A DNA stretch of 64,000 nt, taken from contig JABDDT010000007.1 of the NCBI GenBank assembly GCA_013287475.1, forward strand, positions 6,110 to 70,109. The letters run 5' to 3'. Position numbers and translations under genes: made by a program. The first letter of the stretch is position 1. Every line of letters starts with the position of its first letter. The notes under the pieces are model-generated. The model saw only the letters and a list, made by a program, of their open reading frames with translations. It did no database searches and was not told the origin of the DNA. Below, one piece after another: positions 61,248-64,000 of this stretch. This DNA comes from Bacteroidota bacterium (GTDB taxonomy: Bacteria > Bacteroidota > Bacteroidia > Chitinophagales > Chitinophagaceae).

Positions 61248-62252
61248 ATGTTAAAAAACTTTATTAAACTATTGATAATCATATGTATACCCGTGTTTTT
61301 ACCCGCTCAGCAGAACGATTCCACCTATGCAGATCGCCTGGGATTTCCCCTGGGCGCCAGGGTTTTAATTCTTCATATAGATGATGCTGGAATGAGTTTC
61401 GACTCTAATACCGGAGCTGAAAATGCACTAACTAAAGGTGTTTCAACTTCGACCAGCGTAATGATGCCTTGTTCCTGGGTACCCGGATTTGTTCATTTTC
61501 TCAAGTCTCATCCTGAAATAGATGCCGGATTGCATTTAACACTTACTTCTGAATGGACTTCTTATCGATGGGGTCCGCTTGCAGGTAAGAAAAATGTGCC
61601 CGGACTTGTAGATGTTGAGGGAGATCTATGGCCTGAAGTTTCCGAAGTTGTTGCACATGCAAGCGCTGATGAAGTTGAAATGGAAATGACAGCACAGCTT
61701 GACCGGGCCAGAACGATGGGCTTTGAGCCTACACACCTGGATACACATATGGGAACAGTTTTCGGTTCACCGGAATTCCTCATGAGATATATAAGGATTG
61801 GCATTAAAAATCATATTCCTGTTATGCTGCCCGGTGGGGCAGATTATTTGATTCAGGAACAAACGAAATTACCTGATGCAACAATAGATCAAATGCGGAT
61901 GCTTGGTAAAATGCTTTGGAATGCAGGATTGCCGGTACTGGATGATCTTCATAATAGTAGTTATGATTGGATCATTCCCGCTGATATTGCTTCCGACGAT
62001 AAAAAACTGGATGAATATAAAACAGCCAAATATATTGAAGCGCTTAAAACATTAAAGCCAGGTCTTACTATGATGATCATGCATTGCACAGATGCAGGCC
62101 CTGAATTTAAATATATCAGCGACAGCGGGCCAACAAGAAGAGGAGATATGCTAGCGATGATGAATCCGGCATTTAAGAAGGCTCTAACAGATCAGGGAAT
62201 AATTTTAACTACCTGGCGCGAAGTGAAACAAAGGAGAGACAAAATCAAATAA
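61248..62252 (+). CDS. ChbG/YdjC family carbohydrate deacetylase
   Basis: HIDDAG, GLHLTLTSEW, THLDTHMG, IMH. Confidence 0.88.
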   Translation: MLKNFIKLLIIICIPVFLPAQQNDSTYADRLGFPLGARVLILHIDDAGMSFDSNTGAENALTKGVSTSTSVMMPCSWVPGFVHFLKSHPEIDAGLHLTLTSEWTSYRWGPLAGKKNVPGLVDVEGDLWPEVSEVVAHASADEVEMEMTAQLDRARTMGFEPTHLDTHMGTVFGSPEFLMRYIRIGIKNHIPVMLPGGADYLIQEQTKLPDATIDQMRMLGKMLWNAGLPVLDDLHNSSYDWIIPADIASDDKKLDEYKTAKYIEALKTLKPGLTMMIMHCTDAGPEFKYISDSGPTRRGDMLAMMNPAFKKALTDQGIILTTWREVKQRRDKIK

Positions 62253-62327
62253 TTATTAATTATCAATTATTAATTATAGATGAAGTTAAACTCAAACAGT
62301 AATTAATAATTAATAATTAATAATTGA
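62250..62327. repeat. Inverted pair of TAATTAT heptamer arrays with a 22-bp spacer
   Basis: taattat taattat caattat taattat ... taattaa taattaa taattaa taattga; supplies the stops of both convergent genes. Confidence 0.88.
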
Positions 62328-63881
62328 TTGATTCAATCTTATTATTGCAAATCCAGATTGTTGATTATTCAAATATGGAACTGCTACTTCTTCTGCAGAA
62401 AAACGGCGGGACCTTTGAAAATTCATTAATTTATTCATTTTCCAGAAGATAAGGGCATCATCAGTCGTCTGACCATGCATATTTACTGTAGTGGTTGTAG
62501 CCTGTGGGTCTGAGGATACTTCCGTACTGTTATAAATAATATAGACCTTGTTTTTTTCGGGAACCAGCAGATAAGAGAGATCGGGGTTATTTGTTTCCAA
62601 ATGTTGTTCCATATTCATGATTCCGCTCCAGGTACTGTCTTTAGATACGGCGGGGAAATAGAAAAGATTCAGGTCACCCTGGTTTCGAACAATTGGAATG
62701 GGACTCAGTCCGCGATTTAAATTATACCCTTCTTTGATTTGTTTACCGTCCGTACTTGTTTCAGAATAATTTGCCATCAGATAAGGAGTTTCCCAGCTAT
62801 TAATAAAAGGAACCGATGGTTTATTAAATTCATATGGAGAACCATATTCCTTCAAATACATATAACCACCTCCAGGAACTGCAATAAAACTTTCATGACT
62901 CAGGTTTTTGTTTTGTATATCGCGACGCTGTGTATTAAAATGATAGGACGAATCAAAATAGAATAATCCCTCCTTCATGGAATAATCATAAACCTGTACA
63001 TTTTTTAATGTTGTATTTGAATAAGAGGAGAAGAGACCAACACTCATTGATTCCTGATCGTTATTGATATACATGGCAATATCTTCCATCCTGTAATACG
63101 ATGCTACAGGTATCTCCCGGAAATAATAATCACTGCCATTAGGACAAACATGAAAAAGAGAAAAATTCCGGCTGATCCTGGAAGGAGATGCCATCATCCA
63201 TTCTCCGTTATTTGCGAGTTTGATCGGCAGGTTATCAAAACTTTCTGCCGGAAAACCAACCTCCTCATCCTGGATACATGGCTGTGAGAATTGAGTATTT
63301 GAAATCACGTGCTGGTAAATAAGATTCCAGCCGGAATCGAATAAAAGTGCATGCACCCGGGAAGACTCCGTGTCTGTATTCTCAAAAGCTACCAAAAGAA
63401 TTTTTGACTGATCTTCCGATCTGACCAAAAGAAAACCGGAAGCACCTGTTGAAAAAGGGAAACTGCCTATAAGGCGCACCTTAATTTCTGTATTTTCATC
63501 CGGCAGGAAGCGGCTGCAGAAAATATTCGTTTTTCCATCCGAGGGTTTAATCATAATTTGATCCAATCCATGGTTACCCGCCAGGAGCCACTGTTTCAGG
63601 ATTCCCGGCATTATCGTTGCAGGTATTTCTCTAAGCAGATTGAGTTTATTATCAAATAGTTCAAAGCTTTTTAATTCTGACAAATCTCCCTCCCAGTGTA
63701 ATCTGCTGGATTTTTGCTTTTGTAGTTTTTCTATCCAATAAAAATTTTCTGATTTGCCGATCACCTGGAAACGCACCGATGACCTGGTATTGAAATCATT
63801 TGAATAAACTACACGCTGGGCATTTAAATTACCAGGAAGCCATAAGACGAGGCCAATACCATATAGAATTATCCACCGCAA
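62310..63881 (-). CDS. Exported hypothetical protein
   Basis: 523-aa ORF with a signal peptide; beta-rich. Confidence 0.75.
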   Translation of the reverse strand: MRWIILYGIGLVLWLPGNLNAQRVVYSNDFNTRSSVRFQVIGKSENFYWIEKLQKQKSSRLHWEGDLSELKSFELFDNKLNLLREIPATIMPGILKQWLLAGNHGLDQIMIKPSDGKTNIFCSRFLPDENTEIKVRLIGSFPFSTGASGFLLVRSEDQSKILLVAFENTDTESSRVHALLFDSGWNLIYQHVISNTQFSQPCIQDEEVGFPAESFDNLPIKLANNGEWMMASPSRISRNFSLFHVCPNGSDYYFREIPVASYYRMEDIAMYINNDQESMSVGLFSSYSNTTLKNVQVYDYSMKEGLFYFDSSYHFNTQRRDIQNKNLSHESFIAVPGGGYMYLKEYGSPYEFNKPSVPFINSWETPYLMANYSETSTDGKQIKEGYNLNRGLSPIPIVRNQGDLNLFYFPAVSKDSTWSGIMNMEQHLETNNPDLSYLLVPEKNKVYIIYNSTEVSSDPQATTTTVNMHGQTTDDALIFWKMNKLMNFQRSRRFSAEEVAVPYLNNQQSGFAIIRLNQSIINY

Positions 63882-63926
63882 ATTTTCGATTCACTTACAA
63901 GTTATGAAAAATTAATGAGCGTAAAT

Positions 63927-64000
63927 CTAAAGGCCCATTTTAGTATTTATTTCATCTGATTTACCCTTTGGAATGGATAAAGATTTCCAATGGGTGTCAC
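63927..64000 (-). CDS. 3' end of a probable DUF1572/DinB-like protein
   Basis: Hand translation DTHWKSLSIPKGKSDEINTKMGL*; WKSLSIPKGKS resembles DUF1572 C-termini as I recall them. Confidence 0.45.
   Translation of the reverse strand, partial: DTHWKSLSIPKGKSDEINTKMGL

Overview
This is a 64-kb chromosomal window from an AT-rich Bacteroidota genome, probably Chitinophagaceae-like (inferred from gene families and TAnnTTTG -7 promoters). It falls into two halves. About 1-36 kb is accessory-like: a chromate locus (ChrB-AraC fusion, ChrA, DUF1259, plus an unannotated 3' remnant of a second chrB), a TonB-dependent receptor, a signalling cluster (CheB/CheR-PAS kinase, hybrid kinase with HPt, three stand-alone receivers, AraC), a GH88/oxidoreductase sugar-catabolism operon, a LytS/LytTR pair, ohr and several hypothetical genes. 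About 36-64 kb is core-like: fpg-like glycosylase, ABC permease, mtaB, acyltransferase, priA, murB, AAA+/VWA pair, DUF2723, DUF62, GH29 and glpD-glpK-glpF. The most striking unexplained signal is in the core half. Many intergenic spacers carry 7- or 8-bp tandem arrays, often as inverted pairs. One TAATTAT inverted pair encloses a four-helix-bundle (23S rRNA IVP/Avd-like) gene, and near-identical arms occur elsewhere with no gene inside. This suggests filled and empty states of a repeat-bounded cassette. I found no rRNA, tRNA, CRISPR array, transposase, integrase or reverse transcriptase. All family calls come from motif recognition by eye, not database searches.
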